Assembly (NCBI GenBank): GCA_027474245.1
Contig: CM049887.1
Span: 20,687,762-20,751,761, forward strand
Reading direction: 5' to 3'
DNA length: 64,000 nucleotides
Source: Spheniscus humboldti
Lineage: Eukaryota
Shown: positions 1 through 13,000 of the stretch, in pieces
How the letters are laid out: every line of letters starts with the position of its first letter
Numbering within the stretch: the first letter of the stretch is position 1
Notes under the pieces: generated by a model
The model's database searches: none
Told to the model about the DNA's origin: nothing
The model's input: the letters and a program-made list of their open reading frames with translations, nothing else
Position numbers and translations under genes: made by a program

Positions 1-620
1 CTGGGGACAGCTACAGTCAAACTGCTGGAGGCAAATCCCCTGCTGGCTTAGAGAGAGGCAACTTTACATCAGCAGGACAAGAATCTGCTCCCGGTGGATT
101 GTCTTCTGTACAGCCTTGATCTGACAATATTTTGCATATCTCTGTGCATTGCACACTTTTCTAAAGGGCAGTGGTTAGTTCCTGAGTGGTTGGTAGCCTC
201 TGGTAGACCCAATGTTTCCAGAACTTTTTCACCTTCATACAGTAAAAAGTATGCTACTCCATTTGGAATTAATTTCTTTATGCTTCTACAGTTACTACTT
301 AATGTCACTTGCCTGGCATTACAAGGATTTATACTGAATCTTCTGTTTATTCACTTTTCTTCCTGAACCTTCTCTCTCTCAGCCCTGTGTTCATTTTTTA
401 GCATGAATAAAACAGTTTCACGTGAGTTAGGTAAGATGACAAAAGATATCATAGAGAATAGAATATAGGAAATCTCTTAGTAGAACAAGAAAAATTAATC
501 CAAAACTTTTTGGCAATAACAGTGGTCTTCTCCTTACTCAGTCCATCCTTGCATGCTTGATATTGTCACAGTAAAGGTAATTTTCTTCCTCCCATTTTTT
601 AAATGAAAAATCCATGTTAA

Positions 621-660
621 AGATTAGATTAGATTAGATTAGATTAGATTAGATTTGATT
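621..660. repeat. (AGATT)n pentanucleotide microsatellite, ~7.5 units
   Basis: AGATTAGATTAGATTAGATTAGATTAGATTTGATT. Confidence 0.95.
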
Positions 661-3575
661 TTGCTAGCTGCTACACTTTTTCTGTATAAGTGAGAGAATG
701 CATTTATAAAAACTCATCTCCTTGTGCATTGGTTCCCTCTCCTGCAATGAGCTGAGTGCTGTAAAAGCCCTCTGCCATAGTGTACAGCAACATAACTGTT
801 TAAACCAGCTCCCAGAGGAAAGGCTGTCAAAGGGGCAATTGTTCAAAAGGGCAAAATCGTTCTGACTTTTTTTTCTCCACAGAGACATAGTGGAATGCGT
901 TCTTCTCAGTTTTTTAAAATAAAGCTGTTAAAGGGAAAAAAAGTGGGTTAATTCTCACTGCTGGTCCCTCCTAACCTATTCTACCTCCCAGTTAGCCTAA
1001 AAAGTCTTCTCTTCACAAGGGTCTCCTCCAGAATTCTTAGGGTATGCAGTGCACCTTCCTGAACTACAAGAGCATACAGAGTACCTCCTATGCAAGCCCT
1101 GTCAGCTCTGACAGCAGGTGCTAGCATGTTGTTGGACCTGGGCGTGCTCTCCCCTTCTCTCCATCACAGCAGGCCAGCCTTCATGCTCAGTCCAAGCAGC
1201 ACAGCTCCCACGGGGAAGGCTATTGCAGTGGAGATGCTGAGAGGTGCTTTCTGACCTTCTCCATATAGACACAGCAGGATAGTTACTCAAACCCTTCCGT
1301 GTCCCTTACGCTGGAAATATCCATCTGCTTGAACTCCATGACACATGGGAAAGCTGTGCTCCCTGCACACTCTTCATCTTTCTAATTTACAGCTCAGCAG
1401 ACTCGTGAAGGGGCAGGGGGAGCAGAAAGGGGAGTGGAGGTAGTGCTCTTAGTGCTCTGTGGCTCAGCAGGACATTGGGTTACCACCTCTGTGTCTGGTT
1501 TTGGCTATTGTGTATGTACCTCACCCCTTTGTTAATGCAATGCAGGCAAAGCTTTTCACAGGAAATGTTCCTAATCCCAGTTCCTCTGATTCTGTAGTTT
1601 ATGCTAGTTAAACCTCTTTCTCCAAAGCTGCCTCTATGGACATTTTAATGTCATGAGTGGACTGTATTAATGTTGAAGTGCAGTGTTTGAACACATGCTC
1701 AATCTTATTCTAGAGTAACTTTCTCACATAGACAAGCCCTTCTGCCTTTCTTTCCATTGGCCTCAAAGCGACTAGAACTAGCACGTCTGGATATAACAAG
1801 GAGGGAGGTGAGGCAGGTCTGGTGTCATACCTGCAGCCCAACTCGTGGCACCATAAACAGCCAGCTGAGACAATCATATGGGGACAGTTAGGGAAACCTA
1901 CAATTTCATACAAAGCAAAATGGCTTGAATCACACAGGCCCATGAGAGCTGTGGCTAAAGAACCGTGCCTGAGCTAAAGGCCAAATGAGTAGATTTAACT
2001 TCCTCAGCCAGCCATGCACCTCCCACATAATGAATTGAACTTATTCAGAATCCAGACTTTCTAGCGTTATTTCTCCGTCTTGCTCTATTTCACGCCTTTG
2101 TTTCTTATTTTTCTAATTTTTTTCTAAAATTCAGGTAATATCAAAATTACCTGAAAAGAACTGGAGTACTTTGTAACTCATTAAATTAAAAAAAGAAAAA
2201 AAAAAACAACTTAGGAAACATTTGTCCCAAAAAGTTCTTTGAGAAATGAGGTAAGATTTGTATCTTTTAAGTAGTCTAACATTATAATGTTCCAAACTAG
2301 TGAAGAGAAAAGCAAGAATTTCAGTTCACAATGGTAACTCATTTTAAAAAACAATATGGATAGCATCCAATATAACTCAAGTTAATCCTCAACCAGGTTC
2401 TTTCACACAAAAACAATCTTTACTTCAACTGGATCAGAACCAGTTACAAAGCTTTGTTATTTTTGGTAGTGATAGCAGTAACCATAGCAGTAAAAAAACA
2501 GCTTTAGTAATTTAAATGGCATTTTAAGCATTTTTAAAAGCACAGTTTATTTTTTACATTATTGAAAATTCATTAGTCATTCATTTTGTATTGTTTGAGG
2601 AAAGCTTTAAGGGTAGTTTTCTAAGATTGTAACTCAATATATGACTTAAATAATGCTGTCAAAGTATAAACATATTCTAATATTAGTCTTCGCACTGTAT
2701 TCTTTTAAATTCACATGGCTTTACAGAAAGGCTTTCAAATGTGTGAGATAGCACAATAGATTTACATAGCCATAGATATATAAAGAAATCCACCTATCAC
2801 CTTTTTTTACGTGTTAGCCTCTCTCATGGTTGCAGAGACCCTTACAAGCATGAGGCAAGTTCATCCAACATTATCTGCCCAAGTACACAGTTGTAAGTCC
2901 CCCTTTGCTGGATTATCTGCTTTAAAGCACATAGAAGTCATCTGGAATCAAAACTATCTCATCAAGAAGCAATCATATTAGTGGTTCAGATAGGGTAGGC
3001 ACTGGACTGAAAATAGCTCCGTTAGGAGTTGAGAGTTGCACCATGGAGGGAAATGTTACAAAAAAAAGACAGAAGCCTTTCAAAGACAGGAGAGGGAAAG
3101 AAGGAGCAGAGTGATAAAAGTGAACAAAATACAGTAGCAGCCTAGAGCAGACCAGATTTTCTTAGTGCATTGCAAATGTAAACAAAAAGCACTGAATATA
3201 TCATAAGGACCTAAGTGTTTAGTTACCACAGAAAGTCACGTTCTCCCTCTGATCCCCACGCAACCTTCCTACCGATATCAATGGCTAAGAGCTTTGTGCT
3301 TTGGGGAATTCACTGGCCTGATTTTATAGTCCTGGCTGCATGAACTATGTTATGCCTAATCAAATTGTGACATTCATTATCACAACAGGCCAGAGAAATT
3401 ATATGCATAAATAGGTTTAAAATAATTAAACAGATTTATGCAGAGATCTATCAATGACTATTAAAGAGGATTAATATTTAACCTACTGACTCCAGAAGCT
3501 AGAAGGACAAACCAGAGGAAGGAGCAATCTGTACCTCTACTGTTTCTCGATGCATCCACTGTCTACCACTGCTTG

Positions 3576-4110
3576 ATAGAATCCCAGATTCACTGAGATT
3601 CAAAGGGACCTCTGGAGATCATCTACTCCAACACCTTTGCTCAAAGCAGGATCACCTAGAACAGGTTGTTCACAGCTGGGTCTTTAATATCTTCAAGGAG
3701 GGAGACTCCACAGCCTCTCTGGGCAACCTCTTCCAGTCTTTGATCACCTTTACAGTAAGAAAGCTTTTTGTTATATTCAAACAGAATTCCCCATTTTTCC
3801 ATTTGTGCGCATTGCCTCTTGTCCTGTCACTGGACACCACTGAGAAGCCTCTGGCTCCATCTTCTTTACTCCCTCCCATCAGGTATTTATAAACACTGAT
3901 ACGGACCCCTGAGTCTTCTCCAGGATAAACAGTCCCAGCTCTCTAAGCCGCTCCTCATATGGAAGATGCTTCAAGCCCTTAATCATCTCCATGGCCCTTT
4001 GTGGACTTGTTCCAGTACGTCCATCACATTCTTGTACTCCCCCTCCTTGTCTTCCCAGCTTATGGTTCCAATCCACTGCAGCTATCCTACCATGTTGCTG
4101 TGATCATAGT
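3576..4110 (-). mobile_element. CR1 LINE fragment (3' portion of ORF2 plus 3' end), minus orientation
   Basis: Minus-strand ORFs 3670-3879 and 3879-4076 encode the CR1 ORF2 C-terminal motifs (..FSVVSSDRTRGNAHKWKNGEF.LNI.K.FLTVKVIKDWKRLPREAVESPSLKILK; ..HLPYEERLRELGLFILEK). The 3'-end signature (GATAGAATC..) lies at the left edge. Confidence 0.7.
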
Positions 4111-4261
4111 GAGACTGTAACCCTGCAGATACATGCAGACCTGTAACTCCTCCTGTTTGCTCCCCATGTGGCATGCACCAGCATATAGGAACTCCAAAGA
4201 GGTACTTGGTCATGCTGATTTAGTGGTTTAGTTCAATCTTTGGTCTGATCCTGTAAGGCTA

Positions 4262-4872
4262 CTGTGGTGGTTTAACCCCAACCAGCAACTAAGCACGACA
4301 CAGCTGCTCACTCACTCTCCCCCCTGGTGGGATGGGGGAGAGAATCAGAAGGGTCAAAGTGAGAAAGCTCATGGGTTGAGATAAAAACAGTTTAATAATT
4401 AAAAAGAAATAATAATAATAACAACAATAACAACAGTAGAAGTAGTAGTAGTAAGGAAAAAAGGAAAAAAATAACAGAGAGAAAAATAAAACCCAAGAAA
4501 GACAAGTGATGCAAATGAAAACAATTGCTCACCACCAACCAATTGATGCCCAGCCAGTCCCTGAGCAGCAGCCCTGTTGCCAGCCTCCCCCTAGTTTTTT
4601 TGCTGAGCATGACGTCATATGGTATGGGACATCCCTTTGGTCAGTTGGGGTCAGCTGTCCCAGCTGTGTCCCCTGCCAACTTCTTGTGCACCCCCAGCCT
4701 ACGCACTGACAGGGCAGTGTGAGGAGCAGAAAAGGCCTTGACACTGCTCAGTAAGCACTGCTCAGCAGTAACTAAAACATCAGTGTGTTATCAACACTGT
4801 TTTCAGCACAAATCCAAAACATAGCCCCATACAAGCTACTATGAAGAAATTTAACTCTATCCCAGCCAAAAC
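4262..4872 (+). repeat. LTR-like interspersed repeat, copy A (contains an internal AAT/AAC/AGT microsatellite at 4410-4455)
   Basis: Its reverse complement matches 6062-6658 along the whole length, for example CACAGCTGCTCACTCACTCTCCCCCCTGGTGGGATGGGGGAGAGAATCAGAAGGG...CTCATGGGTTGAGATAAA and ..TGCTGAGCATGACGTCATATGGTATGG.. The short ORFs 4529-4744(-) and 6122-6325(+) encode the same VGWGCTRSW.GTQ.GQL peptide on opposite strands. Confidence 0.55.
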
Positions 4873-6061
4873 CAGTACAGCTACTCTTATAAACTGGTGC
4901 TCTGAGCTTTTACCTTTTCAAGGTCAATATTGTAGGTAGTTACCATAAAATCATAGGCAATAGGTAGGGAAGGAACATTTTAAGGTCATGTCCAACACCT
5001 TACTCTAAGCCAGGGTCAAATATTGTTCCTGAGAGATGTTTTTTGAATATATTCTTAAGGTGTGCAGTAGTTTCAAATATCAATTATCTCATTAAGTGCT
5101 TATCTCTCCGTAACATTTGAACACTTTTCTATACTATTTAACCTAACTAGTCTTTGCTTCAGCTAAAGTCCAAACTTTGTTCACCTAAAGCTCCCAGAAG
5201 GAGCTTCTATTCCTTCTTCAGTGAACATGGAGGGCAGTCTATTGACTTCTTCCTTTCTGATATCTTTTATATATTCCAAGACAACCCATCTCACTGTTAT
5301 TCACGTTCCTTTAATTTTCTTTTCATTGGCTATGCTTTCCTGTCCCCTGACAAGTCTGGCTGCTTTCCCTGGAACACTATCCAACCAGTCCACCTTCTTC
5401 TTTACATGCTTCCCCAAAACTGGCATAATAGAGCAGTGAGGTCTGCCAAACAGAAAAAGTACACTAAGTATCTTTCAGATGATGCTTGCCTTGTTCACAA
5501 TAACATACTGTTATGGACTCCCATTTACTTTGCGACTTCTAAACTACAGAATTTCAACATCCTTTCATAGAACATACACAGGCCCAGTTTACATCTTAGT
5601 TGAGGACATCCACAACACAATGTCTGATGGAAGAAAGTGGCACTAATGGTCTTGGGACATGACCTTCCCTCCTAACAACATCTGAAAAAGGCTGCCACTC
5701 AGATAACAGGTGGGTTAGCAGTCACAGAGGAGATATGGCAAAGGCAGGTGAGGATGTGTTACTTCTATACAGCAAAGCATTTGTCTTTCCCAGAAACCTA
5801 TAGCACCATTAAGCATCCAACCCTGAAGACTTCCTGCCTTTCTCTGAAGTGAAGGTGAAACTATCACCTTGCATGAACACAGTGTAGAATATCTATTATC
5901 TTCTATGTTATTGTTGAAGATAAAGGCTGCAAGAGCCACCCCTGTGAAATAAACCCTGTATGTCCTCACGTGTTTGTCACAAATTAGCGCAAACAACTTG
6001 TCATTATGAATAACCTGCTTTTTGCATGACTCCTTACTGATGAGGCAGTTCCTCTGTTTCT

Positions 6062-6658
6062 TTCTGTGCTGGTTTTGGTTGGGGTAGAGTTAATTTTCTT
6101 CACAGTAGCTAGTATGGGGCTATGTTTTGGATTTGTGCTGGAAACAGTGTTGATAATACAGGGATGTTTTCGTTACTGCTGAGCAGTGCTTACTCAGAGT
6201 CAAGGCCTTTTCTGCATCTCACACCACCCCACCAGCGAGTAGGCTGGGGGTGCACAAGAAGTTGGGAGGGGACGCAGCCGGGACAGCTGAACCCAGCAAC
6301 CAAAGGGATATTCCATACCATATGACGTCATGCTCAGCATATAAAGCTGGGGGGAAGAAGAAGGAAGGGGGGGACGTTCGGAGTGATGGCATTTTGTCTT
6401 CCCAAGTAACCGTTACGTGTGATGGAGCCCTGCTTTCCTGGAGATGGCTGAACACCTGCCTGCCCATGGGAAGGAGTGAATTAATTCCTTGTTTTGCTTT
6501 GCTTGCGTGCACAGCTTTTGCTTTATCTATTAAACTATCTTTATCTCAACCCATGAGTTTTCTCACTTTTACCCTTCTGATTCTCTCCCCCATCCTGCTG
6601 GGGGAAGTGAGTGAGCAGCTGTGTGGTGTTCAGCTGGCTGCTGCGTTAAACCATGACA
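6062..6658 (-). repeat. LTR-like interspersed repeat, copy B, inverted relative to copy A (roughly 85-90% identical)
   Basis: The reverse complement of 6540-6625 equals 4290-4385 with few mismatches. The GACGTCATATGG core is present at 6318-6332. The spacer between the two arms is ~1.19 kb. Confidence 0.55.
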
Positions 6659-9235
6659 CTTTCAAAGAGAAAATGCGTTCAGTCGCTCTACTTTCTCTGG
6701 CCCAAACTCCCACTAATTCAGGCTAAGAGCAATGTGAATCACAGACCTTGTATCACTCACTCAGTAGCATGCAGTGATCATGTAGTTTCCCAAATGGGAG
6801 AAGCCAAGGGGACGCCTTTGATACAAAGGCAGGTTCACACTAGAAGAAAATGCATGGAAGTGGTGCTCCTTACTTCAAGGGTTTCAAGCACAAGAACTGA
6901 CAAAAACCAAGGATGTAACAACATCTCTTGAACTTTGTTTAAAAAGGTCTTCAAGTGGCTTTGTTTATTAAGTAGATCGAGTTTATGAGACCAGAGGGCA
7001 AGATAAATATTTAAAAGTATAGAAATGTATATAGCTCCATAGGAGCTGTCAAAAGCTTCTGTTCCCACATGCATATGGGCATAGGAATTGTTTTATGGAA
7101 GTGCTACTGCCACTGTCTTCTACTAGCCTTCTGGAAGTGTAGCACTTCTGAAAACCAGACATGTCTAGGCTATTTTTAACATGGTAGATTAATTACATTA
7201 AATTAGGTCACCTTGTCATTTAATGATCATTTTCACTTCATCCTTTGATGCAGCATATATCTCAAACTTTCCTTCTGGGCAGAAGCTCAGATGAGTATTA
7301 GCATTATAGTCAGAGCAAGGATAAAAGAAATAAATAAAGGGGAATGTCAGCTACATTTGGATTCTGAAGGGAATTACGAATATTACAAAGACACTGTATT
7401 ATTCAAGCCTGGAACCTGGAACTGAGTAGCTCTGTTCCCCCTAATGATTAGGTAGGTGACCAAGGTAAGATGTTTACAAATTCAGGGGATCTTGGAGGGA
7501 AATCCTTCTATGAAATTAGGTCCTTCGCTCCCTCTAGTTTACTCTTTCCAATAAGAGCTATTACAGACTGCCAAAGTCTTATTATTTATTATCAGCCACC
7601 TGCAGATTTCTCTGTTGTGGACACAAAAAAACCCCAAAGCTAATTTTAAAGTATTACAGTTGATATTTTATCCTAGGAAGAGAACAGACAGCAATATCCA
7701 TCAGTCTTTAAATCCCCTTGTTTACTGTACCACTAGACTTTATGTAATGTTGTTTTTCTTCCTGAAATGCGTCTGCCAGTGATATGAAATGATCGCAATG
7801 TAATATCCTAAATGTTTTCATCGTGTGTAATTATTTATTTTCATGCCATTCTGAAATCCTAGGCAGATTGCCAACTCGATGATCATGTTTTCCCCCCACA
7901 AAATACTTAACAGACAAGAGACAAAAGCCTTAGAAGGATCAGAAATAGAAATGTTTACATAACCTGCCACTTGAATCATGAGAAAGCAAATGCTATATCT
8001 TATTGGAAAAACACAAACAAGCTTTTCTTGTCCATGGTTTTTTATTAATTGTTTGCCATAAACTTTTATCAATTAATTACAGTAATAATTACAAACAGAA
8101 ATTACAATAAAACAAAGAAACAAAGAAAATAAGTAAAAGCCAAGCTGACTGAACTAATTTGTACCATCTTTGCAACACCTGGCAAAAGGCCGACATGTAA
8201 TTCCAGTTAATGGTATTAATTTAATTGAATGCCTCTAGAACTGCAGTTATAGTAATTCAATTCATGGCAATCTGCAAATAAATTTACAGTGTAGGCCCTA
8301 GTTTTTAAACTGGATGGAGAGAAACCAGTAATAGCATTGCAATCCCTTTTATTTTTTTTTTAAAGTAAGATATTATGTGAATCTTTCAAAAGATAATGTT
8401 CAGTAAATTCTCATACCAGATGGACAATTCTGAAGCCTGCCATCAGGATAAAAACACATGACTTCAGGAGCATGGGGATGGTCTCTTTAATACAGCAGCA
8501 TGAAAAATGCACTTTTAGCTACTCTGCTACAAGAAAGATACCCTGTAAGTATGTTCCCTGTGGTCAGATTATTTTACCGTTTGGGTTGAATTAATTCGAC
8601 TTTGAAAAGTCAGTTGCTGCATGAGCATAAAATGAAACCTTTGCTTTTTTCCTAGGGACTGAGAGTTCAGGCACTCTTGGCACTTCTGGACACTTCTTCA
8701 AAGTTTCACTTGCAGTAAACAATTGCACTTTGGTCTTCTCTCAGTCGTGCTTGAAAGCATTAATAAATCCCAAACCCAGGACATGGCTAATATGCATGAA
8801 CAGAATGCAAGAGAACTTTACAGGTTGGAGAGAAGAGAAAACTCTTCCAGACACATTACTAGATAGCAGAATCATTTGGACGGGATTCATCTCAGTGAAA
8901 GGTTGTAATGTAGATGTCTCGATCTCAGCTAGACTCTCCAAGTTCCCTTTATGCTCAATAGAGAAATATAGGCACTTGTAAGTGTGATTCATCTGTTTTG
9001 CTTTAAACATCTCCATGAGAATGCAAAGGCTGGTATTCTAAAAGTGCCTATTCCTCTTCATTAATTACAAGAGGGTGGTCAGATCCCCGTTGCAAAGATC
9101 CAGGAATCCATATGCTTATGAACTGACCCTTGAGGTGACATAGCAAATGCCTGTTATGGTTGCAGACATGATAGTTCTTCATCACAAGAAGCAGAGAGCT
9201 GGTTTTCTCCACTTCTCTGGGTCCCATGTCATTCT

Positions 9236-9290
9236 TGTCAGCTTATTCACAAGTAATGGTTAGGAAAGTCAGCTTATTCACAAGTAGGGC
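9236..9290. repeat. Local tandem duplication, ~32-bp period (GTCAGCTTATTCACAAGTA x2)
   Basis: GTCAGCTTATTCACAAGTAATGGTTAGGAAAGTCAGCTTATTCACAAGTAGGG. Confidence 0.8.
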
Positions 9291-10015
9291 TAAACAAGGG
9301 CTGAAACTGCACTCACGGAGTGTTTGCAGGGAACCAGCCCCACCTAGAAAATGTTATTCTGCATGGTCTTCTGGCCCTGGCTTTCTTTAGATGGTGTCAG
9401 CTGGGTGACAGGAGGGAGAAGAATAAGTTAGCCAGACACAACATGTTTTCAAACCTTTTCTTGTGATGTCTTTGGAAATCTTCCAAGAAGAATCCAGTGA
9501 AACCATGTTGCTGTTTTGCCATCTTCACTTCTTCCCAGCCTGAGAGAACTGTTATAATGGTGAGCAACATAGCTTAACAATATTCTGTATAAGCTTTGGA
9601 ACTCCTTTTGAATCTGTACCTTTTAACAATACTACAGGAAACCTGGAAAATACAATGTTTTTCTTAGCCTCAAGAATTAGTAGAACTTATGGGCTCTCCT
9701 CAGTCCTAAGAAGAGCTTCTACTGCTACATCAGCAGAAAACAAAAAACAAGGTAAATAAAACCAGGTAAAATCTTCAGCAGAGTATTTTGGGCTGGGATG
9801 AATACACTTTTTATCAAGCTTTCTCTCCTTAAGTCCTTTCTTCCCACCAACACTTTCACAAACACCATAGCTCTTTTCTTCTACATTCTCAAGTAATCTC
9901 CCTTTAAGTCCACACCCAGAAGCTGCTGAACCAACCTGTCTTACTTAATGACATTCCTCAACTGCAAACTCTACACAGAACCCCATCTGAGAGGGATGTT
10001 TTTTTAAAAGTGCTT

Positions 10016-10046
10016 GACAAAAACAAACAAACAAACAAACAAACAT
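10016..10046. repeat. (CAAA)n microsatellite, ~6 units
   Basis: AAACAAACAAACAAACAAACAAACA. Confidence 0.9.
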
Positions 10047-13000
10047 ACACTTTCAAACCAACCTGTAGGCTATTTCCTGGACTCATTAGCAACTCCAGGA
10101 TAAGAACAACTTGATTTGGGCTTCTAAACATGTGTCCAGGACTCTTGGACCTATGACCTGCTTGGAAAGACCAAAAACAACTGGCCAGGGATGAAGTGAT
10201 CAACTTTGCCTGGAAATGTGACTGAGCTCCCCTTTGTAAATACATAAAATACACTCAGAGGAATTTCTAGCATTTCTGATTCTATCCGAGTATTTTCCAT
10301 TATTTTAATTGAAGTCTGCTTGAAAAGTTTGGATTTGTTTTTCTCCTTGTTCCAGCCACTGCTCTACTGCTCCAATCTGGCTATGTACATCGTTCAGTTT
10401 AGAAGAACAGGTTTCACATTTTCCATTGAGAACTCCAGTGATTCCTGGAATATATGTAATTTACAAGGAAGAGCTTCCACACATTATTTCAGCCTGAAAA
10501 GTGTGACTGAAGAAATGGAGAAAGCAACATGGAGAAAAAAATCCAGCAAAGCCCTTCCTTCACAGAAGACAAACAGACACTTGGAAATGCTCAAGTTTTT
10601 TGTCCCTTAATTAATACATTTCTGGTTCTACATTAATACCTTCTGGTTCTTATGTTACTTAGAAGGAATGAACAACCATGCCTGTCCATGTTCTTACAGA
10701 AAACTCTATCATATAAGCTGTTCTTCAGCAACATCCATCCTAAGGGTTATAGCCCATGTAAGCCTTTTCCTATGGAAATCTCTGCATATTTCTAATAATT
10801 CACAGTGATTTTTATCTCCACCTTCAAATGCAAAGAACAAAAGTGAATGCTCTTGTAAGTGATTTGGAGTCATTTTTCCTTACATGATTATCAACCTCAA
10901 TTTTATGCTCAGCATTATATGAATGTACTAAAAAATAGCTGTTTCACCAATAGAAGTTATTAACTACATATTTCAATTATTATTCCAGAAAAAAATCAGA
11001 AAGACGGATAAGTACATAAGAAGCAGCCAAGGTAAACCAAAAGACTTCACATTCATGATATTTTCTAGTATTTTGAAAGGAAGTGAAACTTAAAATACAG
11101 ATTTTTTTTTTGATTCAACAAAAGCTCTGGGTGTATTAAATCTCATATGCTGTATACATAGCAACAACAGTTTACACTTTCTCAAATAGCAGATGTGCAC
11201 CCAAAAAAATGAACAATACAAAGATAATTTCTGGAAACAGTAGGTACAAGAGGCATACAATCATAGCTTTCTTTGGGACCACAAACATTGTGGTTCTTGG
11301 ATTTTTAATATTATACCTTGTGTAGAGAGTGATAGATTTAAAATTAAAATACTCACAGTCCTGGGAATGTGCCCCACTTGCTTAGCAGTCTCTTTAAATT
11401 CAGATTCTCCAGTTGTCATTGATTCCATTCCTTTTTCTTTATGCATGAAGAACACAAAAACCTTAAGACATAGAGTACCTTCTAGTAAGATACTTAAATA
11501 TCTTTCCTAGAATAGGCAAAGTTAATTTGATAGTAATTACAATGCCAGGGATTGGAATGGGTGTGCCACAGGGCGGTAATCCTGTTCATCTTAAACATCG
11601 CTTTTATCAGTAAAGCAAAAGAATTCAGAACCAACGGTATGTGATATTTCTCATGGGCATTACAACCCCTAATAACTGTCCAACTCCTTTGTCTACAGTT
11701 TTGGACAAAACATCACAAAACAACCAAAATAGACATGGGGAATTGATGACCAAGTAACTAATTAGCTCAAATCATACAATGAGTTAGTGGAGGATTACGG
11801 TACTAAACAGTCGTTTCATCAGTTTCAATATCCAAGCTCATAACCATCAGACAAAGTGTTATTAACCATAGGAATAATCCATACTCTCCCTTCAACAATC
11901 CCCATTTTCAATGCATTATGAAGAATTCTAACTAGTAAATCCTCTAAATGCCTTCTCAAGAAATCAGCTATTTTCTATATATTGGTTATAAAAGACAAAG
12001 AAGCTAGCGGTTTTGTCTTACAGAGAGGTCCAGTAAGGGACACCAAAGCTGAGCAGCACAGTGGGATGCTGAGAGGCTTATACAGACACACATGGTAAAC
12101 TGTATTTTCAACAATCTGCTGTGAGGGGAATCTCATTGCATATTTGCATCATGAACTGCTGAAACTTCATGTACAGGCACTGAAAGAATACTGCTGATCT
12201 TCTCACTTTCATCTTGCACAGGTGATTCCAACAAATTTTCTAATAAATTTGGTTCTTAACAAAAGAAGATGATTTGTTGGGAGTACTCTTTATCATAGGA
12301 CCAGATCACTGCATTTATCTCAGCATCCATCATGGCATACAGTGCATAGCTGTTGACTTAGAAAGACCCCAAAGGAGAACTGAGAGAAGAAATGTCTTCT
12401 CTGTCCATTTCAGGTGAGGCATTCTGGCTACCCATAGCCTTTGCAAACAAACTTCAATGTAGGTCATGAGCCAAATCTCCCTTCAGCACGTTTTCCATAT
12501 GTAATCTCTATGGATACAAGAAGAGACCATGCCTGTTTTCCAGAGAGGTTATGCCTTTCCTAAGCCTTCACATCCACCACCTCCATTTGTGACTGGCAAA
12601 TAATTTTCATCTTTGTCCCTGAATAATAAACATACTACAGCAAGGGATGCAGTTGCAATATGCGTATAATTACCTTGGATCCAGTTAGTTCGGACAGTAA
12701 TACATGAAAAGACGGCACTGCAAGCCTCAATGTGCATCGTGAAGCTTACTGGGGAGTCTGGTTGCCCAGGTTACCACGTCTTCACTCTCTTGCAAACAAG
12801 CTCCATAAAACATAGCTGGAGTTGTTCTTTCCATGCATGAGCAGAAATATGGCAGTCAAAACCACATGCAGCCTTTACAGAACAGTGTATTATACTACTT
12901 TGTGCAATATTATATTCCACAGACTACAGAATCGCTATTAATATAGTCTATAATCTCATTTGGTTTCTGAAAGCAGTGGCACAGAGAGCCATTCTGTTTT

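Noticed and set aside
5154-5570. 138-aa ORF in the spacer between the inverted LTR-like arms
   Set aside because: It has no recognisable domain, has AT-rich low-complexity composition and lacks splice or promoter context. Any internal coding remnant of the element could not be recognised.
6250-6726. 158-aa ORF (MHKKLGGDAAGTAEPSNQRD..)
   Set aside because: It lies entirely within LTR-like copy B. Its peptide mirrors the antisense translation of copy A and is therefore repeat-derived.
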